Source: an uncultured virus (IMG/VR IMGVR_UViG_3300020576_002679) | Taxonomy: Duplodnaviria > Heunggongvirae > Uroviricota > Caudoviricetes | IMG/VR virus record: IMGVR_UViG_3300020576_002679 | DNA length: 64,000 nt | Direction: 5' to 3' (one strand) | Part shown: one piece after another, positions 1 to 8,942 of the stretch | Numbering within the stretch: the first letter of the stretch is position 1 | Layout: every line of letters starts with the position of its first letter | Notes under the pieces: model-generated | Database searches by the model: none | What the model was told of the DNA's origin: nothing | The model's input: only the letters and a program-made list of their open reading frames with translations | Made by a program: the position numbers and the translations under genes

Positions 1-3000
1 TTTTTATTTTTCCCCTTCATTTTAGAAACGATATCAGATATGTTTTGCGCCTTTTCTTCTCTAGTTAAGCCGGTGCGTTCATTAGCAGCATTGAAATAAC
101 CAACCAATCTATTTAGCTCATCCGCCTTTTTAACTGCCTCATCACTTCCCTCATGGAGCAAATCTTCAATAAGGTTTTGAACGGCAGTAACATAGTTATC
201 ATGAACCGACTTGCGCCTTTGCTCTTCCAATTTCTCCATTGCCTTGGTAAGCTCATTCACCCTTCCGCGTGACTCATAACTACCATCATCAATTTCATCA
301 ATCACCGCCTGCAAATCATCTATTTGCTCCTGAATAAAACCATTCACTCTATCAGGATCGTCAGGAATAAACGAAGCAAAGGACTGAGGAATAATAACTG
401 AATCCCAATCATTATAGGCAATCATGGCAAATAGCTTTCTTCTATTAGCTGCGTCACGTTGGTTAGCGGAAGGAACTAATAGTTTTGCCTGCGGATATAA
501 TGTACGGAACGCATCGGCAAACTGTCCGACTGTCGCATTCTGAACAATAACAATAGGTTTTTTAGCGCGGCCTAAACGTTTCATTTCCATAGCTGCCGTA
601 GCTATCGTATAAGTCTTTCCAGTACCTACCTGATGTGCCAGTAAAACCGAGTCCTGTAATATTCGGGTAACTGCCTTCTTTTGATGTAAACGAAGTTTAA
701 GAGGTCTGCCTTTCTTATCTATTACAGAAGCACCAGGGTAATGGTCGAATACCGGTAAAGAATATTTCTTCTCTACATATCCGTTATAGGTTTCGTTGTA
801 TATGCTGCCTATCTCATCATCAAACGTTCCTTTATCACGAACCCAATTCACGAAGTTATCCATAAGCTCCGCCTGCTTCGCCTGTGCCGCTGCAGTAGCA
901 TCCACATCTTTCACAGTTGTCTTACCTCCGTCCGCGTTCTTGATAGTTTTAGAAACAGTAGGAGTGCCTAGGTTAAGCGCTTTCTCTACCAATTCCCATC
1001 CACTAAAATCATTCGTACCCCACACAGCATTTTTGCCGTCCGACAAACCGCTAACCCCTTCGGCTATCCAAAGTCCAGTTTGCGAATTATAGAACATGCG
1101 CGCATTTACCCCTAGAGTTTCACCTACCCAACTCTCCATAATATGAGGCGGCATCCATGGTGTGCCTAGCTTGAATTTTATAAGCAACGGAGGAATATCG
1201 GCAGGTATTACCTTTTCTAGTTCCGTAACATTATTAGCATAAGCCGTGTTTGCCGCGGCTGCTGACTTCGCCATTTTTAATTTATCGCGCACAAACCCAC
1301 TGAGGTAACTGTCTTTATCTTCCAATAGCCCAGTTGCAGGATTTTCAAATGCCAGTCCTTCCGACAATAACTGAGCTTTCACCCTGTCTTCCGGCATATC
1401 GAGTAAGCGGGCGATGTATGGCAAGTCAATTTTGTTGCGATACGAACTACTTATAAGCATAGCATCTGCCGCGTCTGCCGCCTTTTCAGGCTCTACAATA
1501 GGATAGTTTACACGCTTCGTCAGAATTTGTGCCGGCACTATTTCCGCTACCCTTCGAAGTTTACCTCCTTCCGTATTCTCATACTTATAGTTAACGCTTT
1601 CAATAGCGGATATAGCATCAAACTCCACATCGTCCTCTAGGAACTTTACTTTATTGGCGCGTCCAGGCTTATTAAGTGTGCCGTAATTTTCGGTGAAGAT
1701 ACGGTAAGCCTTACGCAAATTACCGCGAAGTGCCTCTATATTCTCATCCGTAGACTCTTTACTAAGTTCAGCATCGAGTAACTTATTAAGAGAGTCCTTA
1801 ATATCAATATACTGTTTGGCGATAATAGAAGCAGGAACTTCCTTTTTACCGTATTTAATTTTATCCGCGCTCCATGTAACAGGGCGCAACTCATCCCCGA
1901 ATACCTGATATACCTGTCCGTCTTTAACCTTAAGCGTACCGGTTTTATCTCCTTTATCTGACAACACTACTTTGCGCTCTACATCGGCATCCGCACCAAA
2001 AATGTCTTGTGGAAGTTTAGATATTGCCTGCTGTAAAGCTAGTTGTGTATCTTGTCCTGATGGCGCTACAAGTGTTTGACTATCGCCACGGTAAAGCCCT
2101 CCGGTACCTGCTTCGGAAGCGAACTTCATTTCGCCTAACATCATTTCAGGATGATTAGCAAAGTATTCATTCACTTCAATATTCTTCTGCTTACCCTCAT
2201 ACTCTACTTCGCGTATTGGTTTGGTATAGCGGAACTCTTGCGATACGGCAGAAGGGATATCACCGGTCCGCTTTCTGAATACCAATATATCGGCTGTAAC
2301 TTCGGTGCCGGCATTTTCTTTAAACGCATTATTAGGAAGACGTATAGCGCCCACAAAATCTGCGTTACCTTCTTTATTAACCCACTCACGGAACTTCGCA
2401 CTTGCGCCATTATCCAAAGTAGAGGCAGAAGTAATGAACACTCCTATTCCACCAGGCTTAAGCATGAGAATGTTCTTCGCTATGAAATAATTGTGCAAAG
2501 AGAATTTAGAAAGCTCCGGGTATGATGAGTCATACGGTGCCATGCGGCCAAACGGAACATTGGTGATAGCAAGGTCCACACTGTTAGGGGATAGCTCAGA
2601 AAATTCAAAACCCTTCACCTTTATCTTTGCCTGCGGATAAAGTTTCTCAAATATTCTGCCTGTAATACCATCCAATTCAAAGCCAGTTAATCGGCTATTA
2701 CTGTGCATATCTACCGGCATCAATCCGAATATGTGACCTACCCCCGCGCTGCTTTCCAATACGTGACCGCCTTTAAACCCAAGTTTCCCCACTAAATCCC
2801 ATAAAGAAGATATTACCTCCCTAGGCGTATAGTGTGCCGATATTGTGCTGTTGATAGCCTCTGTCAATTCTTTTTCTGAAAGAAGTCCTGCAATTTCTTC
2901 ATGCAACTTTCCGTACTTCTTCATCCATCCCGCATCTTTCGATAAATATCTGTCACGGTTTAATACCTCTCCAAAACCACCGAAGCCCGTAAACTGTGCC

Positions 3001-6000
3001 AGTATATTTTTCTCTGCCGGTGTTGCATTGCGATTATCCGCCTCTAATTGGCGAAGCAATTTAATTGCATCTATGTTCGCATTTATACGGGCAGTTTCAC
3101 CTTTAGGAACTATAGTCTGCTGAGGTGTGATAACATGGTCAAGCTCATCTACTGCAAGCTGTTTAGAATCATCTGCCACTCCTTTTCGCTCGTCACTTCC
3201 GGTTCTCTGTTTTCCTCCGCTTCCGGTGCTAGGACGTTGGCCGTTACTATCTCCATCGCTTCCGATTCGTTTCGGTTTTGCGCCATCTCCATCTCCTTTA
3301 CCTTTAATGCCTTTTCCACTATCTCCGTCAGGTAAGTTTTCAACTGCCCCGTCTTCGCCAATTCCATTAACTTTTCCTTGTTCCATTCCGCCATCCACTC
3401 CAGGTGAACCTGTGCCTCCGGTGTCTGCCAAATCGGGATTTCCATTTTCTTTGATTTTGGTTAGTATATCTGCAGGCTGCATCTTTTTCAATGCCGCCAG
3501 TTCAGTCATTTTGTTTGTAATCTCATCGGGAGCAACTGCAAGAAACGCACCATAAGCCATCTTTATAGCATCAAAGTTACGCATGGCTCTGTCCTCTCCG
3601 AATCTGCCAACCATATAGGCTAGCATATCATCGAACTTATAAATAGCATTTTCCTTTGCCCCTGTCAGTGCCTTAATTAGCTTTTGCCCTGTGGCAATTT
3701 GCTCCGCCTTAATTTCGGGAACGCCATAAGGTGATTCGTCTTCGCCAACAGCATTAAAGCTATCTAGCTCATCGAAAATATCATCAATATCAGGCCCCTT
3801 TACTTCTTTGGTTTCAGGTTTTTTAGAAACTGGTGCGACTTTCTTTCCACCGTCTGCCGATCCTTTGGCGGGAGTTGGTTTCTTATCTTTTTGAGTAGCT
3901 GCGAGGAGCTCTGTTTCTCGTTTTGCGATTTCATTCGAAATTGATTTATCTTTTAATAATGCCTGAATTTTACCCTCTGCTATCTTTCTCCATTCTGCCA
4001 TTCGCTCCTGAAACGCTTGCGCCTCATCCACTTCTACTGAACTGAACATACCAGGGTTAGCGCGTTGTTGCTTATTATACGCACTTACATCATTAAGTCC
4101 GATAAGTGCAGCGCGCAGATTTTCTACCCCTACATTCTGCATAATGATGAGCATTTCTGCCGCCTCTGCCAATTCTGCTGATGATAATGACGATATGTCT
4201 TTATCTTCAAAAAAGTTCCCTTGATTAAGATAGAACGCAACCGACTTCAAACCTGCTAGGCTTGTTTTTGCCTGAAGCAATAAAGCATCGTTGATAGTTT
4301 TAATGAGTGCGGGGTTATTCTTCTTTATTTCAAAAAGAGGAACGAGCAGGCCGGAGGTAATGGTATTGTAAAGCGAAGTAACGCCCACCACGTCCTTATA
4401 CTGCAAAACTTTCTCATCAATAATTCCCGAGGCAAGTATGGTTTTAAAAAGCTCCTTACCTGTTTCCGTGAATACGCGCGCGCCCTCTCCCTTTGTCAGG
4501 AATAGCGATGGAACTTCTTTAATATCAATGATATCCGAAGCGATAAGATAGTCATAAAGAATTTTAGCAACCTTCGGGTTATTCCAAATCTCACTTAGCT
4601 TATCAGCGTCCGCCTCTTCTATGATACGCGCAAGTCTTTCCCGTTGCTCATCACTTATTTTCTCGCGCATGGTGCCTATCATTTCTTTTGCACTCTTAGT
4701 TTTACCTACTGCGCGAGGATTGTATTTACTCATTTCGGAAGTAGAGTATTCTACCGGCTCTTCGATTACCCGGACAAACACAGGGTTTTTCATTCCCAAT
4801 AAAGCCATGCTGTCTAATCCATAACGGGACCCCTTTTTTGCAAGGTCCGATTCATACTGTGACTGCTTTCCATCTTCTTTCTTCACGGCACCGCTACCAT
4901 GTTTCAGGGCGCGAACAAACGCCATTACCCGCTCATTACCTGATAATACTACATACTTTCCTAAGTCAGCATCCCATGTTACTACCGGACTACCTTCCGC
5001 AACACCAGGGTTATCGGATATACCGCGAGTATCATATTGCTTTTCAGTTGTCAGAACGTTTGCCTGATTTTCCTTTAGCGAATAATCACGGTCATTTTTA
5101 GTAGGGAAATCTTTACTCTCATTGAAAGTAAATGGATCATGCGAAGTCAATAGCTCATCTGCTTCAACTGCCGCAAAACGAGCTTTCTTTTGGGTATTGT
5201 CCGCCAGTCTTACTTCTGCCTCCCCTCCTGATACTTCTGTAGGCGATGCAGTTTTAGAAACATTTTTAGCCGGCTCATCTTCTTTGCCAAAATCAAGTAT
5301 TGCAGATTCAATTACCTGACTGAGAGGAATATCCCAATTCTTTGCCGCCTTATTGGTAATACGGTCCATTACATTCTGTGCAATCTTTATCGTATCGCCA
5401 TCGGTAAGAGGAACATCTAAATTACCCGCTGCCTTGAATACAACATCTTTCAACTGCCGCATATCTTCGTTCTGACGTGCCTTAGTTGCTTTCTCAATAC
5501 CTGATATCTTTAACTCATTCTCTCGAATTTGAGTAGTAATAGCTTTCTTTTCGGAAGTAGATGCACCTTTAAGTTTCCCGCGTAACTGATTATTCTCACT
5601 TACAAGCGGATCTGTTTGCTCCGTACCTTCGAACTCCGCATCTGAATAGCGCATGTGTAAATCAACAACCGGCTTATCTAGTTCATTCGCGTAGTCAATA
5701 ATTGGCTTAGGCTTTTCAGGTTCTACCTTTTTCTCCTCTTTCTTTTCAGCAACCGGTTCAGGCTTTTTTTCTTCGGCAGGTGCTTTCTCCAAATCAGCTA
5801 GCACTTTCTTTTTGAACTCACTGATTTTAGCCTGTTTCTTATCAGGTTCTTTAATACGGAGGATATCAAGTAATTCACCGCGTAGCTCATCACTTCCCTC
5901 CACCGCCTTTTTTAATTTCTGTTCCTGTTCAGGAGTAAACTCATCCACCGGCATTTCTTTTGCACGGTCAGCAGCAGGTTTATAGTTCGCGTACAATTCC

Positions 6001-8942
6001 TTAATCTCTGCTGTCTTCGCCTCAATTTGTTCCTGTAAATGCTCCGCAATGGCTTTACGTTCAGGGGCAGGCTTTTCAGATGGTATACTATTTAAATCAT
6101 CCTGTAACTGCTGAATCTGTTGTGATATAATAGAAGCCTGTGCAGCAATAGCGCCCTTGTTTTGGAGCACATCATCAATCATTTTGTAATATTCTTCCCG
6201 CTGCGGCTGTGTTAATGTTTCATCATCACGTATTGCCGCAATATACTTCTCCGGGTCCTGAGCAATAGCAACACCTTCCCGATTGATATTGATAACCTGT
6301 TGAATGAATTGCGCGCTTACCCGTTGCGCCTGTGCCACTTCCGGGTTTTGTTCTTTAGCTGCCGATGTAATTAAATCTTCTGCCGCTTCGCCTGCTTCAG
6401 CTAGATTCTCATTAGTCATTGACTCTCTAGCAGTTTCACGGCTCATCTGCCAAAACGTTCTAGACGTATTAGAGGCATCCTTGTTATAGTTGAAACCGTA
6501 AATATCCTTTAGTGATTTTGCGCTGATAACATGAGCAATCTTTTCAGCCAGGGTAACGCGGAACTTTCCACCTCCCTCCACCGGTATATCTGCTGTTTTA
6601 CCTGTACCTAAATCATTTGCCACTGCGGGTTTACCTGTTGTAGGTTTTAAAATCTCCCCTTTCTGTGTATCAATTAACTTCGCCAGTAATAACGCCCGCT
6701 GACGGCTATTCATTTTACCTAGAACATCAAGTAACCGGGTATTGCCATCGCCAAAAATATCTTTTAGCTTTTCGTTCCATTGCGCTTCATCTGCTCCAAT
6801 GGAATTGCCGGCACTTTTGGCGCGAATGAAATCAACATAGTTGTCTTTCATTATTGCCTGAATTTCCATAAGCTCTGCAGGTGTAGCTTCGATAGAAAGC
6901 CCGTCACTTACAAAATCTTTTAAACCGGTTGCATCCTTTTTAAGTTGATACTTATTTAGAACTCTTCCGAAATCAAATACATCTTTCAGGGCAGAAGGGT
7001 TACCTCTATATGCCTCTGTAGCAATATCCTGTAATGGACGAGGCTGTGAGTTTTCAAAGTCCGCTGCGTTCTTATCTGCTTCCTGTTTGTTGAGTTTTAG
7101 GAAATCAAATTCCTCTCCCTTCATTATATCGTTACTTTCAAAGAAGTCACGCTTAAACTCATCGGGGATTTGCTCTAGCGTATTCTGCCTGAACTCATCT
7201 ATCTTCTCAATACGGTCCGCTTCCGATGGCATTTGCTGAATCTTTTCTAGTTCGGCTACCAGTTCAGGGCGCGTTTGTAAATAGGCATCAAACAAAGGAC
7301 CTTCCACGGCTTTCTCAGGAGCTTTCATAGCCGCACTCCAAAAATCTTTAACGGCACCAACACGCTCTTTTGTTTTTGGTCCGCCTCCCGTTGCCTCTCC
7401 CTGTAAACTCATAGCCGTACCTAAAAGGAACGATGCTACTACGTCCTTATCATTTATAGTTCCGTTCTGAATTTTCTGCTTAACTGCATCATACCCGGCA
7501 AACACACCACCACTTAATGCTGCGCGAGTAGCCATATTGCTTCCGTAACGCATAGCCCCTAAGTTGAGAGTATGAAGTATAGCACCCTCTCCCGCACCAA
7601 TGGCACCACCTTTTAGTAGCTCTCCATACGCACCCGCCTTTAAGTCCATTGGCAATTCTTCATAAGGCTTGCTAAATTCCTCTGCAAGTTTATCAGCGCG
7701 CGCATTAAATTTATCCAGGGCAGTTGAATAGGCCATGTAAGTAACGAACTTAGGTATAGCCAAACCCTTAACTTTCATTTCAGGAGTAAGCATTAACTCT
7801 GTAAACATTGGCACCATGCCTCCAGTACTCTCGCTTAACTTAGTAGCTACTGTTTCAACATCATCATTTAGATTAATGTTAGCTTCAACCTGACCTTTCA
7901 ATTTATCAGCTAGTCTTCCGAAGATACCGGAAGGAGTAGTGTTTGTTACATCACCGATGATTTTACTTAACCCATCCATCTGCTTCAGAACATTTGCCTG
8001 ACCCATCACTACACCTCTTTCGAACGAACGCCCAACACTTTTCAAATTCTCTGTAAGGCTTTTTCCCTTATCATACCAGTAATTGTTTTCTCCGTAAAAC
8101 TGATTTGCACCTTGCAATTCTGCTACATCGGACTTTAATTGCTGATTAAGAGCAGTGTATTGTTCAAAGAGTTTAGTTGCTACTTTCTGACGTTGATCTA
8201 TAACGCCTCTAGGGATAGTTGTTTTTTCAAACAATTCCTTGTATTCCTTTTCATCCGCAGCGGTTATTTTATCCTGTGGTAATGCGCTGAGTTGTTGCAT
8301 GCGCTCCATTTGCTTTGACATTTCAGGGAATGTAGTTTTTACATTCTCTAAATCAGCGGAAGCAGACTCTATAGCCGCGGCAAGCGTTTCCATTTTAGCC
8401 GATTGGTCAGCTACACTTTGCGCTTTGACTTCTGAATATTCTTTTACTTTTTGTAGAGTAGCGGAGGAAGGTTTCTCATCTGCTTTCTCGTAATACTTCA
8501 TTGCTTTGTTGAAGTCGAGATTATCTAGTTGGCCTTTCTCTAACTTATCTGCCTCAATCTTAAACTCGTCTTTTTCAACTGGCTTAGTAACAGGTTCAAC
8601 CTTTGCCACGGGCGGAACTTGTTTAAGAGTTTCAGGAATACCGTTAGTGACCTCCGTATTTGTTGAGGGCTGTGTGGAGTTGGTTGTAGCAGGAGCGGAG
8701 GAATTGTCGGAAGCGGGCTGTATATCCTTTTTTTTTTCCGGCTCTTGAAAATATCCATTGTAGGCATCGTAAGCACCAAACTCTTTTTCACCACCGAAAT
8801 TATCGTAAATACTTTTACGGTACCCGCCATCATTAAGCATAGTCTTTTCAAACTCTCCATAATCCCATCCGCGAGATTCCCCGCCAATGGTTTCATATAT
8901 CTGCTTTACTGCGTCTGTCTTTGGGTTCTTTATTGTTGCCAT
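1..8942 (-). CDS. Giant DarB-like polyvalent internal virion protein (ParB-like domain + N6-adenine methyltransferase + SNF2 helicase), truncated by window edge
   Basis: Hand translation from ATG 8942 (MATIKNPKTDAVKQ), overlapping the upstream gene end, stays open to position 3 (...KMKGKNK); frame matches at both ends. Motifs: LLTSHDPFTF...NDRDY...SGNERV (ParB-like, ~4.7-5.2 kb); NIDAIKLL, FTGFGG, HYTP, ESSAGVG, ELD, NVPF (MTase, ~2.3-3.1 kb); HQVGTGKT Walker A (~0.62 kb). Absent from the ORF track because there is no stop in the window. Confidence 0.9.
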   Translation of the reverse strand, partial: MATIKNPKTDAVKQIYETIGGESRGWDYGEFEKTMLNDGGYRKSIYDNFGGEKEFGAYDAYNGYFQEPEKKKDIQPASDNSSAPATTNSTQPSTNTEVTNGIPETLKQVPPVAKVEPVTKPVEKDEFKIEADKLEKGQLDNLDFNKAMKYYEKADEKPSSATLQKVKEYSEVKAQSVADQSAKMETLAAAIESASADLENVKTTFPEMSKQMERMQQLSALPQDKITAADEKEYKELFEKTTIPRGVIDQRQKVATKLFEQYTALNQQLKSDVAELQGANQFYGENNYWYDKGKSLTENLKSVGRSFERGVVMGQANVLKQMDGLSKIIGDVTNTTPSGIFGRLADKLKGQVEANINLNDDVETVATKLSESTGGMVPMFTELMLTPEMKVKGLAIPKFVTYMAYSTALDKFNARADKLAEEFSKPYEELPMDLKAGAYGELLKGGAIGAGEGAILHTLNLGAMRYGSNMATRAALSGGVFAGYDAVKQKIQNGTINDKDVVASFLLGTAMSLQGEATGGGPKTKERVGAVKDFWSAAMKAPEKAVEGPLFDAYLQTRPELVAELEKIQQMPSEADRIEKIDEFRQNTLEQIPDEFKRDFFESNDIMKGEEFDFLKLNKQEADKNAADFENSQPRPLQDIATEAYRGNPSALKDVFDFGRVLNKYQLKKDATGLKDFVSDGLSIEATPAELMEIQAIMKDNYVDFIRAKSAGNSIGADEAQWNEKLKDIFGDGNTRLLDVLGKMNSRQRALLLAKLIDTQKGEILKPTTGKPAVANDLGTGKTADIPVEGGGKFRVTLAEKIAHVISAKSLKDIYGFNYNKDASNTSRTFWQMSRETARESMTNENLAEAGEAAEDLITSAAKEQNPEVAQAQRVSAQFIQQVININREGVAIAQDPEKYIAAIRDDETLTQPQREEYYKMIDDVLQNKGAIAAQASIISQQIQQLQDDLNSIPSEKPAPERKAIAEHLQEQIEAKTAEIKELYANYKPAADRAKEMPVDEFTPEQEQKLKKAVEGSDELRGELLDILRIKEPDKKQAKISEFKKKVLADLEKAPAEEKKPEPVAEKKEEKKVEPEKPKPIIDYANELDKPVVDLHMRYSDAEFEGTEQTDPLVSENNQLRGKLKGASTSEKKAITTQIRENELKISGIEKATKARQNEDMRQLKDVVFKAAGNLDVPLTDGDTIKIAQNVMDRITNKAAKNWDIPLSQVIESAILDFGKEDEPAKNVSKTASPTEVSGGEAEVRLADNTQKKARFAAVEADELLTSHDPFTFNESKDFPTKNDRDYSLKENQANVLTTEKQYDTRGISDNPGVAEGSPVVTWDADLGKYVVLSGNERVMAFVRALKHGSGAVKKEDGKQSQYESDLAKKGSRYGLDSMALLGMKNPVFVRVIEEPVEYSTSEMSKYNPRAVGKTKSAKEMIGTMREKISDEQRERLARIIEEADADKLSEIWNNPKVAKILYDYLIASDIIDIKEVPSLFLTKGEGARVFTETGKELFKTILASGIIDEKVLQYKDVVGVTSLYNTITSGLLVPLFEIKKNNPALIKTINDALLLQAKTSLAGLKSVAFYLNQGNFFEDKDISSLSSAELAEAAEMLIIMQNVGVENLRAALIGLNDVSAYNKQQRANPGMFSSVEVDEAQAFQERMAEWRKIAEGKIQALLKDKSISNEIAKRETELLAATQKDKKPTPAKGSADGGKKVAPVSKKPETKEVKGPDIDDIFDELDSFNAVGEDESPYGVPEIKAEQIATGQKLIKALTGAKENAIYKFDDMLAYMVGRFGEDRAMRNFDAIKMAYGAFLAVAPDEITNKMTELAALKKMQPADILTKIKENGNPDLADTGGTGSPGVDGGMEQGKVNGIGEDGAVENLPDGDSGKGIKGKGDGDGAKPKRIGSDGDSNGQRPSTGSGGKQRTGSDERKGVADDSKQLAVDELDHVITPQQTIVPKGETARINANIDAIKLLRQLEADNRNATPAEKNILAQFTGFGGFGEVLNRDRYLSKDAGWMKKYGKLHEEIAGLLSEKELTEAINSTISAHYTPREVISSLWDLVGKLGFKGGHVLESSAGVGHIFGLMPVDMHSNSRLTGFELDGITGRIFEKLYPQAKIKVKGFEFSELSPNSVDLAITNVPFGRMAPYDSSYPELSKFSLHNYFIAKNILMLKPGGIGVFITSASTLDNGASAKFREWVNKEGNADFVGAIRLPNNAFKENAGTEVTADILVFRKRTGDIPSAVSQEFRYTKPIREVEYEGKQKNIEVNEYFANHPEMMLGEMKFASEAGTGGLYRGDSQTLVAPSGQDTQLALQQAISKLPQDIFGADADVERKVVLSDKGDKTGTLKVKDGQVYQVFGDELRPVTWSADKIKYGKKEVPASIIAKQYIDIKDSLNKLLDAELSKESTDENIEALRGNLRKAYRIFTENYGTLNKPGRANKVKFLEDDVEFDAISAIESVNYKYENTEGGKLRRVAEIVPAQILTKRVNYPIVEPEKAADAADAMLISSSYRNKIDLPYIARLLDMPEDRVKAQLLSEGLAFENPATGLLEDKDSYLSGFVRDKLKMAKSAAAANTAYANNVTELEKVIPADIPPLLIKFKLGTPWMPPHIMESWVGETLGVNARMFYNSQTGLWIAEGVSGLSDGKNAVWGTNDFSGWELVEKALNLGTPTVSKTIKNADGGKTTVKDVDATAAAQAKQAELMDNFVNWVRDKGTFDDEIGSIYNETYNGYVEKKYSLPVFDHYPGASVIDKKGRPLKLRLHQKKAVTRILQDSVLLAHQVGTGKTYTIATAAMEMKRLGRAKKPIVIVQNATVGQFADAFRTLYPQAKLLVPSANQRDAANRRKLFAMIAYNDWDSVIIPQSFASFIPDDPDRVNGFIQEQIDDLQAVIDEIDDGSYESRGRVNELTKAMEKLEEQRRKSVHDNYVTAVQNLIEDLLHEGSDEAVKKADELNRLVGYFNAANERTGLTREEKAQNISDIVSKMKGKNK
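3149..3445 (-). CDS. Nested +1-frame gene, TnpV-like small helical protein (98 aa)
   Basis: HLEWMAEWNKEKLMELAKTGQLKTYLTEIVEKA...EAMEIV resembles the TnpV-family pattern. A-rich start context (ACCAAAATCAAAGAAAATG). The host frame here is a G/D/R/S-rich linker. Confidence 0.6.
   Translation of the reverse strand: MEIPIWQTPEAQVHLEWMAEWNKEKLMELAKTGQLKTYLTEIVEKALKVKEMEMAQNRNESEAMEIVTANVLAPEAEENREPEVTSEKEWQMILNSLQ
3800..3934 (-). CDS. Possible second nested +1-frame microprotein (44 aa)
   Basis: MKSQNEKQSSSQLLKKIRNQLPPKDRQTVERKSHQFLKNLKPKK*, hand translated; lies in a linker of the giant gene. Confidence 0.3.
   Translation of the reverse strand: MKSQNEKQSSSQLLKKIRNQLPPKDRQTVERKSHQFLKNLKPKK

Noticed and set aside
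2204..2410. 68-aa +1-frame ORF within the MTase domain
   Set aside because: Overlies conserved MTase motifs in the main frame and has no protein-like features of its own.
8540..8896. 118-aa +1-frame ORF at the start of the giant gene
   Set aside because: Composition is typical of a frame shadow; the ATG 8942 frame is the coupled, continuous one.
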